Part shown: one piece after another, positions 39,173-53,094 of the stretch
Numbering within the stretch: the first letter of the stretch is position 1
Layout: every line of letters begins with the position of its first letter
From: Octopus vulgaris
Taxonomy: Eukaryota
Reading direction: 5' to 3'
Length of the DNA stretch: 64,000 nt
Assembly (NCBI GenBank): GCA_951406725.2
Contig: OX597831.1
Span: 67,766,001-67,830,000, forward strand
The notes under the pieces: generated by a model
Told to the model about the DNA's origin: nothing
What the model saw: only the letters and a program-made list of their open reading frames with translations
Database searches by the model: none
Program-made: the position numbers and the translations under genes

Positions 39173-39268
<96 letters not shown>

Positions 39269-40257
39269 CTGAATTACTAAGGAGTTAGATTGCCAATGGT
39301 AAGATCAATGGTGTGTTGTTTATCTTCTTGGTTATAATTCTCCATTATGTTCAAAGTAGTAGTCCATGCCACCTAATACAATATATGTACTATAGATTCT
39401 GTAACTCTCAGAAATATCCATTGAGAGCACTTTAAGATGACAGTTGTATCATACTTGTGAGTTCAAATAGAAAAAACATAAATTTGATATAAGGAAGGTA
39501 ACACAAAAGTAAGGAAGTAGAGAGAAGGAAGAAGAAGAAGAAGAAGAAGAAGAAGAGGCTGCTGCTGATGATGATGATTCTGCCAGTGGAAGAACAAAAT
39601 CAAGAATACAACTAAAGAAATAGACATATGGCACCTTGGTCAAGTGTCTTTTCTGTTCCATAAGCCTCAAGAGACCTATGCCTTGTGATTGGATTTGTTG
39701 ATTAGATGAAGGTTTTCTTAGATCTATCCATAATTTATTAAAGGGTAATAAATGTAAGAGGTTAGTGGTTAGTATCATTGTTAGCTCGTACTATAAGTTT
39801 TGTGAGTACAAATGTGTCAGGTTAGATTTTTCTCAGAATATTCATGAAAGGGAGATTAAAGTTAGTGGGTAGTGTTAAATTCTCAACTGTTTTAGAGAAG
39901 TTGGGTTAATATAAATTTTGTTAATATAAATTTTCTATCAGTATATGCCTATATGTTTCCATTCGATGAAATAGCAACTCTGAACAAGGAAACATTACAC
40001 AATAGCAGTTACATAGAAAAAGGCTATACCAAAAATAAACAAAAATGTGAAAACAAGAAAAGAAAGATTATCCGGGTTAATCCACTCTTCAAAAGTCTTT
40101 ATGTATAGAAATTTTATGGGGTTCATTTGGTAAATGAAGCGATGTACATGTAAAGTAGAACTGGTGTTAATTAGGGGAAAATGTCATTGCATAAGAAAGG
40201 GGCGGAAAAAGAGAGGAAAAAAGTGTACATTTACAGGATGACTTGTGTATATCATAA

Positions 40258-40672
40258 TCTTTTATTCTTTTACTTGTTTCATTCATTTTGACTGTGGCCA
40301 TGCTGGAGTACCACCTCTAGTCGAACAAATTGACTCCAGGACTTATTCTTTGTAAGCCTTGTACTTATTCTATTGGTCTCTTTTGCCGAACTGCTAAGTT
40401 ATATGGACATAAACACACCAGTATCTGTTATCAAGTGATGGTGGGGGACAAACACAGACACACAAATACACACACATAATCTCACACACACACACACACA
40501 CATAAACGACGGGCTTCTTTCAGTTTCCGTCTACCAAATCCACTCACCAGGCTTTGGTCTGTCTGAGGCTATAGTAGAAGACATTTGCCCATGGTGTCAT
40601 GCAGTGGGACTGAACTATGAACCATGTAGTTAGGAAGCAAGCTTCTCACCACACAGCCACTCCTGTGCCTAT
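40258..40672 (-). mobile_element. SINE family A
   Basis: Full-length, more diverged copy. Confidence 0.9.
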
Positions 40673-41676
40673 ATATACTTTTTAAAGGAATATTAGTTAT
40701 GTTTCTGATATCTGAGGTTTCCTTCTTACAGAGCTTAACACAGTTTCAATCAGAATTCATTTAATGGTACTCAGCCACTAAATTTTTACCGCTGCCATCA
40801 TTTCTGCATTTCTGTTCTTCTTCCCTATATTCTACGTACAAGGAATTTCCAATTGTTTGGATCATTCTGAACAGTACAAATCTAAATATCACTTATTAAC
40901 CTTAATTTACTATCCTCTTTTAAAAAATAATTTGCCTCATTTTTCTTTCAGCTTCAGCCATTCTGCCACCTAAATAACCAACCAAAAGTGGCATATTCTT
41001 CATTAATGCTTACAATATATACAATATATTTTTTGTGCCTTTCACATATCTCAAATAGGGTGATTTTTCAACTTCTCATTCTATTTTGTTTTCATTTACC
41101 TCTTTTTTTTTTCCTTCAAGAATCTATTTTTTCCCCCTCACTGAATTAAGCCACATCAATCATCCAAGTACCTTTCTGAAATATTTTCTTAGCATAAAAC
41201 TTGTTCCCTGACAGTAATGATTGTTACACATTCAATATGCAAAACTTTTTCTCGATTTCCTCTCTTTTCAGTGGTCTGTCTTTCCAATCTACTTTCTTAC
41301 TATATTAAGGTTTTATTTCTGACTGTCATTTATTTCATTTTTGCTTCTAATTTTATCCAAAGTACTGCCTAGATCATCAAGACACATATTTTATATTCAG
41401 AGAGCAAATGGATTGATTCTCTGTCCTCATTGCATTATGCATGCAAATCTGATTTCTCTTCCAACAGCCTTCAAATATCTCTTTGCCATCCATTATTTTC
41501 TTTTCATTTGTTTTTACATGCTAATAATAGAACATTTTTTTCCTGAAATGACCACAGCATGAATTCCAGGATTCCATATTTCTGTGTTCAAATTTTTCAT
41601 TTCTTTTCTTTTTCTGGTAAATATATTCCATGAGATTTGTAGATATTATTTTTGTAATATGTATTTCTTAGAATTA

Positions 41677-41885
41677 AGGTAGTGAGCAAGCAGAATCATC
41701 AGCAATGCCAGGCAAGATGCTTAGCAGCATCGGGAGTTCAAGTTCCATGAAAGTTGATTTTGCCTTTCATCCTTTCACAGTCAATAAAATAAGTCCCAGT
41801 GGAACACTGGGGTAGATGCACTCAACCGTCGCCCCTCCCCACCTCTGAAATTGCTGGCCTTTTTCCCAAAATTTGAAACCAATAT
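41677..41885 (+). mobile_element. SINE family C
   Basis: aaggtagtgagc...gagttcaag...ttgcctttcatcctttc...aaaatttgaaacc. Confidence 0.7.
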
Positions 41886-42028
41886 TTACTTCTTAGAATG
41901 GGATAAATTAAAAAATTTATAGGAAGAGCAATGATCATGTGAATCAATACAAGTATATGACAATGATACTTGTTTTATCAATCATGGAAAGAAAGAGACA
42001 GAGAGAACCTCTAAATAGTGATTCAATC

Positions 42029-42432
42029 TACTCTTTTACTTTTTTCAGTCATTTGACTGCGGCCATGCTGGAGCACCGCCTTTACTCGAGCAACTCGACC
42101 CCGGGACTTATTCTTTTGTAAGCCCAGTACTTATTCTATTGGTCTCTTTTGCCGAACCGCTAAGTAACAGAGACATAAACACATCAGCATTGGTTGTCAA
42201 GCAATGCTAGGGGGACAAACACAGACACACAAACACACACACACACTTATATATATATACATATATACGACAGGCTTCTTTCAGTTTCCATCTACCAAAT
42301 CCACTCGCATGGCTTTGGTCGGCCCGAGACTATAGTAGAAGATACTTGCTCAAGGTGCCACACAGTGGGACTGAACCCGGAACCATGTGGCTGGTAAACA
42401 AGCTACTTACCACACAGGCACTCCTGCGCCTA
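42029..42432 (-). mobile_element. SINE family A
   Basis: Full-length match to other copies. Confidence 0.92.
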
Positions 42433-43599
42433 CTAGAAATAGCAGTAAAATTTCATTCAAATCATATCTTAAAAAGATAGACATGCTGGATAATGTCATT
42501 TGAACTCTTATGCTTTAAAGTAAGACATGTTCGTCGTGGTTGGAATATATTTGATTATAGGTCTTCACAATCAGGATTGATCTGGATATAGACAGGAACC
42601 TCAATGACCAGAGTTGAACTCACATCATACATGACACAAATAAAAATATAGAAAAGTGGTGAATTTATGCAGTTGTTGGAATGCCACATAGAATGCTTTG
42701 TACTATTTGTTCCAGTTACCTGTGCACTCAGAGTTTAAATCACTTTGAGGTCAACTGTATATTTCATTCTTTGGGGGCTCATAAAGTACAAGTTCAGGAC
42801 AGTGGGCTGTTAATATTGTTTGGGCATAGGACAAAAAGCTTTGTGACACCTATTCTGGTTTTTGCATTCTCACTTCAAATTCCATCTCATCACCAGCCTC
42901 CTTGTGGCAGAAGCAGTTTCTTTTGCAACCAGCCAATATTAATTGGCCATAGTTTATCAATTGGAACAACATATTGGATGCATCGACAAAATGAGTGGAG
43001 TTTGTACAAAGTAGTATAAATTCTAGGAGTGTAAAAAGTCTGTCTTTGACATTTATATTAAAGAAATGTATTGTTGTTTAAGTACCATTCCAATCTTAAT
43101 AAATGGTAACTTTTATTACTAAATATTTTATAAAGATAACCATAGATACACACATGCACACACACACATGCATGCATACACATACACACACATACATACA
43201 TACATACATACATTCATACATACATACATACATACATACATACATACATACATGCATACATACATGTGCACGGCTTGCCAGGTGGCTTCATTTATGCATG
43301 TTATCTGCGTTGCAGGTGGCCATTCAGATGGATTGAGCCATTAGCACATCTTTCAAGTATCAGCATCTTACGAATATCAGATCTAGTTGGTGTCAGATTT
43401 TGAGGTAGAGATATTTAGAATCCCATTATTTCCTGACATCCTAAGAGAACCGAACCCATCTAGGTTAAGACTTGTAAGTATCCTTTCGCTGTTTTTGAAA
43501 TGCTTCCTGGGGAGGGATTCAACCTGAAACTTTTTGATCTTATTTCCATGAACTGTGGCATGTACATTTCATCACACATGCCATGGAATTTTTCTAACT

Positions 43600-43965
43600 G
43601 ACATTAACTACCTTTTCACCATATTCTCCAGTATAGTTACAGGCTTTGTTCTCTTCAGCGATAAGAGCTGTTCTTCACTCCTGCTCCAGAGCATGGGCTG
43701 CGGGGTCACTCTGAAAAGCTCTATCTACAACGATTTCATCTCAATCAAAGGAGAGGGGCTTTCTCCGTTTGGGTTGCAGATCCGTGGAATAAGCTGCTGG
43801 ACGAGATAATGAAGATGCCGACAACCGCTCGGTTCAAAATCTCTCATGACCAGAAATGGCCTGAACTCTTTGTATGACCACCCTCCCTGTACATAACTCT
43901 CTGTCCCCCTAGATGGCCTTGCTTTTGCTTTTTGAGCCAATAAACATTAAATTAAAAAATTAAAA
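43600..43965 (+). mobile_element. CR1 LINE 3' end
   Basis: RGHSEKLYLQRFHLNQRRGAFSVWVADPWNKL...FKISHD (CR1 ORF2 C-terminus), then AATAAA and an A-rich tail. Confidence 0.8.
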
Positions 43966-44504
43966 AACATAATCGGTTTTGATTCACCAGTGAAACTTCT
44001 AATTTAGTGTCACAAAAATGTGACCAGCCTAGTGGTTAAGTTGTTGCATGCGCAATCATGAGATTGTGGTTTCAATTCCCCGACTGGGTATAGTGTTGTC
44101 TTTGAGTGAAGTAAGTTTTACTGATACACAGACCACAAAGTGTGCAAAATTCAAGCAGTTATCACCTGTTGTAATTTATTCTGCCAAACTCATATTACCT
44201 CAAGCAGCTTGGCTAGAACTCTGATATTTAAGTTGCTGTGCAGCTGAATCTGTTATTGCCTTGGAGTTTCTGAATTATCTTTCATAGTTGGTCATAAAAT
44301 TCACACTTTATATTTTGTGTTGAGTGGAGGGTCAGCATAGAGACAATGGCAATGTCCACAGGCCTATCAAATCTATAGCCCTGAAGCGAGAAAATCAGCT
44401 CAGTCCCTCTCTCACTGGGTCACGCACTTTTCAATACTAAGTTTCCAAAAACAATGCTGGCACCATACTTTCAAGTCATGTCTTAGCTCTGAAACGGTAT
44501 ATGT

Positions 44505-44677
44505 TAGGCGCAGGAGTGGCTGTGTGGTAAGTAGCTTGCTAACCAACCACAAGGTTCTGGGTTCGGTCCCACTGCATGGCATCTTGGGCAAGTGTCTTCT
44601 GCTATAGCCCTGGGCCGACCAATGCCTTGTGAGTGGATTTGGTAGACGGAAACTGAAAGAAGCCTGTCGTATATATG

Positions 44678-44710
<33 letters not shown>

Positions 44711-44848
44711 GTTTGTCTCCCTAGCATTGCTTGACAACCGATGCTGGTGTGTTTACGTCCCCGTCACTTATGTATACCACATTATTTGCTCGACTAAAGG
44801 CGGTGCTCCAGCATGGCTGCAGTCAAATGACTGAAACAAGTAAAATAG
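44505..44848 (+). mobile_element. SINE family A with internal deletion
   Basis: Matches other copies except 44770-44785. Confidence 0.9.
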
Positions 44849-45189
44849 TTAGGATAATTGTTGGAGTCGGCAGTTACTAATTGTAGCAGGTGTTGATGTT
44901 GCAGACGTGCAAGATGAAAGACGATTAGTAATCAAGGTTGTAAACAAACATTTATTTACCATTATATATTATTATTGCCAAACCAAAATGAGCTGGTATG
45001 TATAATATAAATCATAAAGCATGTGAGGTAAAGAAAGATATCGTAGATTTTCCTTGTATAGCTTGTGTTTGTGTTCTCATCATTGTGTAGTAGTAAACTA
45101 CAGATAGAGAGAGGGTAGTGTTGTAGACAAGAGGAATGAGCGAAGAGTGTTAGAGAATGAAGGGGCAAGATGTATGTATCATAGTGGTT

Positions 45190-45572
45190 GACTCTCTTTA
45201 CTCTTTTTGCGGCCATGCTGGAGCACCGCCTTTAATCGAGCAACTCGTCCCCCGGGACTTATTATTTTGTAAGCCCAGTACTTATTCTATCGGTCTCTTT
45301 TGCCGAACCGCTAAGTAACAGAGACATAAACACACCAGCATTGGTTGTCAAGCAATGCTAGGGGGACAAACACAGACACACAAACACACACACACTTATA
45401 TATATATACATATATACGACGGGCTTCTTTCAGTTTCCATTTACCAAATCCACTCACAAGGCTTTGGTCGGCCCGAGGCTATAGTAGAAGACACTTGCCC
45501 AAGGTGCCACACAGTGGGACTGAACCCGGAACCATGTGGTTGGTAAACTAACTCCTTACCACACAGCCACTC
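45190..45572 (-). mobile_element. SINE family A
   Basis: Near full-length match. Confidence 0.92.
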
Positions 45573-47057
45573 TTTCTCCCTGTGGCAATTAGTCTTTAGT
45601 GGCTGTCTGCCTGTGGCTGTCTCTGGTGGTCTCCGTTCACCAACTGATTTTGGCTTACAGAGTTCTAATATTTATAGCTATACAAAACTAGTTAGAAAAA
45701 TAGGTATATTGCAGAGAACAAAAACTATTCTTTGAGGGTCCACTGTTATCTCAATTCAACTTTCCACTGCATACAAGAGGTTAGAAGGGTCAAGTGGCAA
45801 AGACAGAAATTGGCTTAGCAAAACCATATGTTAAATGTAACTGCTGTCAGTATTGTTTTTGCGTGAGAATATGGGAAATTTGCAGATTCAAGTTCAAATC
45901 TATTCTATGACTAAATGAAGTCACTACAGCCAGAAAAAGTTTATAATCTTTCTCATCTTTAGTTTCTAATTCTGCAAGATGTGTCTCTTGTAGTATAATG
46001 ATCTAAAAATAAAGTTTGAGCAGCTTTTCTGCTATCTTTTGTGTGTCACTAATCTTCAGGAGATTATCTGACAGGCTAGCAGTCATGGATTATACATTCC
46101 AACATCCTAACCCGAGTTGTGTTTCCTTTAGTCTTCTTGTGCTTAATGCTATATTTAACATCTACAATTCAGGGTATTTGTAACCTTAGCTCCACACACC
46201 CAATGATATAGGGGGACTCTGGTGTGACAGTATCTAATTGGCTGGGATCTTCTCAGTTTGAAGCTGGTGAGAACTGTCCAGTGAGACACAATGGTCTCTT
46301 CACTATGAAAGACTACCTCTGGCACCTAGCAAATATAGTGCAGGCTTATAATAAGTAGACTGTTACTTTCTATGTTGTATAATTTCAGTGAGATGATATA
46401 CTGTCCTCTGTTCATGCCACTGATGTTGTCTAAGGAAAAGGTAAAGGGTGAAAACTGCTTGGCACCATAGGAGTAGAAGTTATCAAAACAATGTTGAGAA
46501 CAATGCTGAATTACCTTAGAGATTTCAGGTACTGATTTTACCTCATGGTCTATTCATAAAGCCTCTTCCATGGACAGGTGTGAGTGCATGATTACAAAGC
46601 AAGTTAGATATTTAGTAGGTGTTTAGAAGAATGGGGCGGTTTAAAGTAAATTTAAGTCATCCATATCTTAAAGTAAAATAAAATAGAATTACGCTAAGTT
46701 AACAGTTACTCAAAATTCATTCTCACTGCAAAAGTACATTTATATGCATACAGACATCTTGATAGTCTTTCAGAAATTCTATTAAGTATATATATGTGTG
46801 TGTGTGCGTGCGTGTGTGTGTGATCGTGTGTGTGAGTGTGTGTGTGCATGTGTGTGTATGTGTATATATATATATATATAGAAAGTAAACAAACAAGGTG
46901 TGTGTTACGCTACGTGGCTGTATCAAGGGTTGAACAGAGAGAACCCAAGGAGAAAAAGTTAGATGAAAGCAGAGCAAACAGTAAACCAGATGAAAACTTA
47001 ATGGATGGGAAATATAGACAAAGACATAATACATGGAATATTCACAACTGAATTTTT

Positions 47058-47630
47058 TGAAGACCTGTTGGGGCAAGTGAAATCAGAATCAAAATTGAAC
47101 CAATCCTATGACTGGCACCCGGCAGTTGCCAGTGCCGCTGGACTGATTCCTGTGCAGGTGGCAAGTAAGGAAACACCGTTTCGACCCTGTGATTGAGGTG
47201 ATCTATTGAGTCATGTACACCAACATCAAAAATCAATGGAAATTGTAGTTGTGATCCCTGTGTCGGTGGCACGTAAAAAGCACCATCCGAACGTGGCCGA
47301 TGCCAGTGCCACCTTGACTGGCTTCTGTGCTGGTGGCACGTAAAAAACACTATCCAAACGTGGCTGATGCCAGCGCCACCTTGACTGGCTTCCATGCTGG
47401 TGGCACGTAAAAAGCACCAATCCGATTGTGGCTGTTGCCAGCCTGTGCCGGTGGCACGTAAAAAGCACCCACTATACTCACAGTGGTTGGCGTTAGGAAG
47501 GGCATCCAGCTGTAGAAACACTGCCAGATCAGACTGGAGCCTGGTGCAACCTTCTGGCTTCCCAGATCCCCGGTTGAACCATCCAACCCATGCTAGCATG
47601 GAGAACGGACGTTAAATGATGATGATGATG
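47058..47630 (+). mobile_element. RTE LINE 3' UTR with tandem units of about 55-65 bp and (GAT)n tail
   Basis: Repeated gtggcacgtaaaaagcacc units; same terminus as the other RTE copies. Confidence 0.88.
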
Positions 47631-47958
47631 GATTTTCCTCATCAGTCGATGACCCCCAAAACATCATAGTGGTTTTGCACCATTACCATTGAGACCACTC
47701 AATCTTGGAAGTGTCCAGTGCTACTGGGAAAAAGCTAGTGGATGTATACTAAGACAAACAAACACGACATTATATATGTATAATTCTTTGTCTGCTGTAT
47801 TTATTTGATGTCTTGTCTGTTTCTGTCTTAGTATGCATCCGCTAGCTTCTTCCCAGTAGCTTAATAACAGGACCGGGCACCTCCAAGATTGAGTGGTCTC
47901 AAAGGTAATCATACAAAACCACTATGATATTTTGGGTCATTGACTGATAAAGAAAACT
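47631..47958. repeat. Long imperfect inverted repeat (arms about 140 bp)
   Basis: 47631-47772 versus 47805-47958, e.g. gagaccactcaatcttgga / tccaagattgagtggtctc. Confidence 0.85.
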
Positions 47959-48077
47959 CAGCTGTGAATATTTCACATATCGTGTCTGTTCAGTTTTCAT
48001 TTATTTGCCCATTTGCCCTGCTTTTGTCTCCTTGTATTCTTTCTGTTTAACCCTATTTTTATAATTGTACTTTATAA

Positions 48078-48203
48078 TCTCTGATGAGGCCTTGAGATAT
48101 ATATATATAAGTACCTCATTTTTAACTGCATATTACCTTAATACATTTGACTAATATAGGCAGAATGAGATAGTTTTATCTATAGGCTGAAACAGCTGTA
48201 AGG
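48078..48203 (+). ncRNA. Minimal hammerhead ribozyme with loop II of about 90 nt, in a PLE repeat (about 48060-48370)
   Basis: TCT-CTGATGA-GGCCT-(91 nt)-AGGCT-GAAA-C-AGCT-GTA/AGG; downstream sequence matches 1866-2030. Confidence 0.72.
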
Positions 48204-48361
48204 ACCATTTTATGTGTATCATTCTTATGGTATTATTAATTTGCATATTAATGCATATTGTTTTGTTCGATTTGGATGTTCCTATTTATATAGTTAATAA
48301 ATAATATGAAATGGTAATATCTGTAAGTTGATGATTGAAATGAATTTGTTCCTCTATTTTC

Positions 48362-48411
<50 letters not shown>

Positions 48412-48472
48412 GTGCAAATAAACAAATAAATATGCTTGGACTTGATATATAAAATATGCCTATATATATTTA

Positions 48473-49038
48473 AGCACAGGAGTGGGGGTGTGATAAGAAG
48501 CTTGCTTCTCAATCACATGGTTCTGGGTTCAGTTCCACTGCATTGCACCGTGGGTAAGTATCTACTACTATAGCCTCGGGCCAACCAAAGCTTTGTGAGT
48601 GGATCTGGTAGACAGAAACTGAAAGAAGCCCATCGTATATGTGTGTGTGTGTGTGTATTTGTATCTGTGTTTGTCCCCTCACCATTGCTTGACAACTGAT
48701 GCTGGTGTGTTTATGACTCTGTATTCTAGTGATTCGGCAAAAGAGAACAATAGAATAAGTACTAGGTTTACAAAGAATAAGTCCTGGGGTTGATTTGTTC
48801 GAGTAAAGGTGGTGCACCAGCATGGCCACAGTCAAATGACTGAAACAAGTAAAAGAATAAAAGAATATATATAGGTGCTGGAGTGGCTGTGTGGTAAGTA
48901 GCTTGTTTACCAATCACATGGTTCCGGGTTCAGTCCCACTACGTGGCACCTTGGGCAAGTGTCTTCTACTATAGCCTCAGGCTGACCAAAGCCTTGTGAG
49001 TGGATTTGGTAGACGGAAACTGAAAGAAGCCCATCGTA

Positions 49039-49096
<58 letters not shown>

Positions 49097-49303
49097 CGTG
49101 TATGTTTGTTTGTCTGTGTTTGTCTCCCTAGCATTGCTTGACAATCGATGCTGGTGTGTTTATGTCCCCGTCACTTAACGGTTCGGCAAAAGAGACCGAT
49201 AGAATAAGTACTGGGCTTACAAAGAATAAGTCCCGGGGTCGAGTTGTTGGATTAAAGGCGGTGCTCCAGCATGGCCACAGTCAAAATGACTGAAACAAGT
49301 AAA
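48473..49303 (+). mobile_element. Two tandem SINE family A copies (48473-48864 and 48870-49303)
   Basis: Both are full-length matches. Confidence 0.92.
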
Positions 49304-49618
49304 AAAAAAAAAAAGACAGATGTAAATATATATAGGGATATATACAAAGAAAAGCAAAACTATATATCCTTATTAATAGTTACATGTATATATGTATATA
49401 AGTTTTACATATCAAACCCAAGTATGTTTATTTGTTTAGTTATACCATTATCTACATATCAGCTAACTGGGTTCCTCTTGTAGCCACTGATTACTCTGCG
49501 AACCTAGTCTTCAATAAAAATTTTGGAGTGTAAGTTCAAATCATTTGAGCTCCACTGTTTTCTATAACAAGCAACTCAGCATCTCACCTGTTGACTATAT
49601 ATTTGTGTGTGTGTGTGT

Positions 49619-49672
<54 letters not shown>

Positions 49673-49851
49673 TTTATGATAAAAGCTCTTGTCATGTGAT
49701 ATTTAGATATATTCTGAGTTGAAAGGTAAAGTCGATTTTATCTTTTTTTCTTCTAAGATTGAATAAATAATTACCTGGGGAGATGGTGATGTGATGGAGC
49801 ATCCATTCCACTACCAAACATTAAATGCACAGCCTTGTGCTAATGTTAATG

Positions 49852-49911
<60 letters not shown>

Positions 49912-49916
<5 letters not shown>

Positions 49917-50172
49917 GGAATGTCAGAAACATCTTGATAACATCTCAGGAGACCCATCTCTCATAGAAATCCAAGATTGTGTTGACAAGTACCCCCAACA
50001 TCCTTAGAAAACCCTATCAACTTAAATTAAATGTTTTGTGTTGTATTATATGAATGTATTTCTGTACTGGACTCCCCCACATTCTCTCCTCAATTTTTCA
50101 ATTACATCTGAACATTTCTTAACCTTCATTTGACCTGGCAAGTGATTGAATCAAACACTCAGATTAAAACGT
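49912..50172 (+). mobile_element. R4/Dong-like LINE extreme 3' end in (TAA)n
   Basis: KECQKHLDNISGDPSLIEIQ parallels the C-terminus at 23399-23520; (TAA)n on both sides. Confidence 0.6.
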
Positions 50173-50221
50173 AATAATAATATTAACAACCACAATAATA
50201 ATAATAATAATAATAATGATG

Positions 50222-50275
<54 letters not shown>

Positions 50276-51191
50276 TCATTATCATAATCATCATCATTGT
50301 TATCCTTTTTTACTATCATTTCAAAAAATATTTCTTTATCATTTTATAAATGCTTTGCTTTCTAAGAAACAAACATATCACACATATGGTCTACTGGAAG
50401 TAAATATGTTGAGAGGAGAAAATAAAGAGACAAAGTGAGAGCTCTCTTTCTCTCTCTCTCTCTCTCTCATACATACACTATATATAGCACAGTATACTGT
50501 ACATTAGTCTCATAAATGTGTGTGTATATATAAAAAGAAATATAGGTACCTGGAAATTTCTACCAACATATGATGAGTTGGTGAGACAAAAAATTTGTAA
50601 TCGGCAAGTTATTGTTAATATTCCTCAAAAGTTGCTTCCACTTCATAACCACTATTCAACTGATTTTTGCTGTCTTTATCTAGTGCCATAACAACTTTTA
50701 TTTTTCCTTCTGTCAATAGCAGCTGTTACTTAGAGAACAGTCAGTGATAGTGTTGCATGCAGCATGGAACTGAATAAAAATGCAAATGTATCAATTTTCA
50801 TAATTGTGGTGGTGGATATGGTTGTGGTTGTGTAACTTTTTATTTTTGTTTTGTGCATTTTATTATTATTTTTGTTGTTGTTATCACTGCTGGTGGTGGT
50901 GGTGGTTGGTAGAAATATACAAGTGAAACAAGCTAACCACAATGCTGAAGGAATATGAAAGATGTTTTCTTCTCATTGCTGCACCAAGGTACAAATCTTT
51001 CATCTGATTTAGTGGTTTATAATGGACTGGATTAAAAGTATTCAGATTCCTTGTTTAGCTTTGTTTGGTACCCTCCCCTTCATTGTACACTGTCATAATC
51101 TTGATAGATAACTCACATATTACATTGTAAAATGTCTGTGTAGTGTGATAAGAGTGCTGGGATACTGCTAAACCTGGAAAATCATAAAATA

Positions 51192-51484
51192 AGCACAGGT
51201 GTGACTGCGTGTAAGAACCCAATCACATGTTTCCAGGTTCAGTCCCACTGCATGGCACCTTGGGCAAGTGTCTTCTACTATAGCCTTGGGCCAACCAAAG
51301 CCTTGTGAGTGGATTTGGTTGACAGAAACTGAAAGAAGCTCACTGTATATATATATATTATATGTAGAAAAATACAACCTGGGACAAGAACATAAAACAT
51401 TTAGAAGACGATACAAAAAACACAGACGGGACATTCGAAGCCTTCAATCTTCAGTCAAGAACCGGATCATCCTAGCAATTTCGG

Positions 51485-51523
<39 letters not shown>

Positions 51524-51582
51524 ATATTTAGGAATGGTCATATTGCCAGTTTAGCCAATATTTAAACAACAAATATTTAAAC

Positions 51583-51630
<48 letters not shown>

Positions 51631-51920
51631 GCTTGTCTTTGTGTCTGTGTTTGTCCCACCACCACCACAACCACTTGACAACCGGTTGCTGGTGTGGTTA
51701 CATCCCTGTAACTTAATGGTTCAGCAAAAGAAACTTATAGAATAAGTGCTAGGCTTAAAAGATAATAAATCAGAAAATACTTCTGCCCAAATAAGTTGCT
51801 GACCTACTAGAAGGTAATACTCACACTGCTTTAATATTTGACTTTATTTATTTGATTGAAAACCCTTCAAGGTGGTTGTCCAGCGTGGCTGTAGTCAGAT
51901 GACTGAAACAAGTAAAAGAA
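51192..51920 (+). mobile_element. SINE family A, interrupted in its microsatellite (51345-51630) and at 51768-51840
   Basis: Head 51192-51345 and body/tail 51630-51920. Confidence 0.85.
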
Positions 51921-51950
51921 TGTCACAACTGCCTTGTTTTTATAAATAAA

Positions 51951-52334
51951 CTAGCAGTATCGCCCGGCGTTGCTCAGGTTTGTAAGGGAAATAACTATAA
52001 AGCATTTTTAGAGAGTTATAGCCAAAAAATAGCAAAAAAATGGAAAAAAAATGATGGTAAATTTTTTTTGAGAGTTAAAAAAGGTGGAGTTGCGTCCCCT
52101 AGACGGTCTGTGGTTTGGGTTTCTGATTCTCGACCCCATGTCGAATTTATCGATTTTTTTCAGAACTGGGGGAACTTTTCAAAATTTTCGCTGCGTTAGT
52201 TTTGAATTATGACATTGGGCTATGTGTGTGTCAAGTTTCATCAGAATCGGTTGAAAGCCGTGGTCAGAGTGAGGGTACGAGAAAACAGACACACAGAAAA
52301 CGCACAGACAAACTGCCGTTTATATAGAGAGAGA
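51951..52334 (-). mobile_element. Non-autonomous Helitron
   Basis: Minus strand begins TC and ends with a cctgagcaacgccggg hairpin followed by ...CTAG; inserted between A and T with no TSD. Confidence 0.85.
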
Positions 52335-53094
52335 TAAAAGGTTTTGTATGGTTTAGTCTGGATGTTTAGTTATGACTAAAGGTCAATCTGACTTATGACT
52401 AAAGTTAGCTGATAATAAGAGACTGAGATCAGTATGTTAATGTTCAGAGGCTAGTGAAAACAATTTGTTAATGTTTAACTTGAAAATATGTACATAGATG
52501 ACTGACGCGAAAATATTGATGAGAAATGAATTCTAGAAAATTAGTCCTCACTGGAAGATGAGTTGGGGATTTGGTTAGTGCAGAGTCTAATGGGGAAAGG
52601 GGCACTGTACCATTGACAGAAAGAAAGTTGTATTGGCTGACTTAGACTTAGACTGAGATGAAACTTGCTAGTTCAGTAGATATGTACTGTTTTAGTAGTG
52701 ATTAGAAATTTTGAATTTACATTAATTATATATGTCTAAAACAATAAACTCAAATCTCTGGATGTCTGCTATAACAAGATATCATGATTTGCCTGAATTA
52801 TCTAAAAGAGATATCACAATAACTTTCATGTATATTTAACCAGAACTCACCTTAAATATTCCTGGCCATGTACAAGCATAACACTATCACATATTAGCAT
52901 AACACTATCACAGACGAAGTAAATGGTGTGCAAATTGCTGTATTTTTCTGGAACAGGGTTCCAACAATTTCATTAAAAACAGAGTAATTAGGTCATCTGA
53001 TAAGATATTCATTTTAAGATATTCAAAGTGTAGTAGAAATACAGTGTGTAGATGTCTTGCAAACAACTTGCACATGCAAATGCTACCAGTCAAA

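Noticed and set aside
44854-45760. Possible second solo LTR
   Set aside because: TG start and a minus-strand AATAAA, but no clear CA end or TSD.
47265-47470. CRISPR-like repeat-spacer pattern (gtggcacgtaaaaagcacc)
   Set aside because: The spacers resemble each other, the units lie in the RTE 3' UTR, the context is eukaryotic and there are no cas genes.
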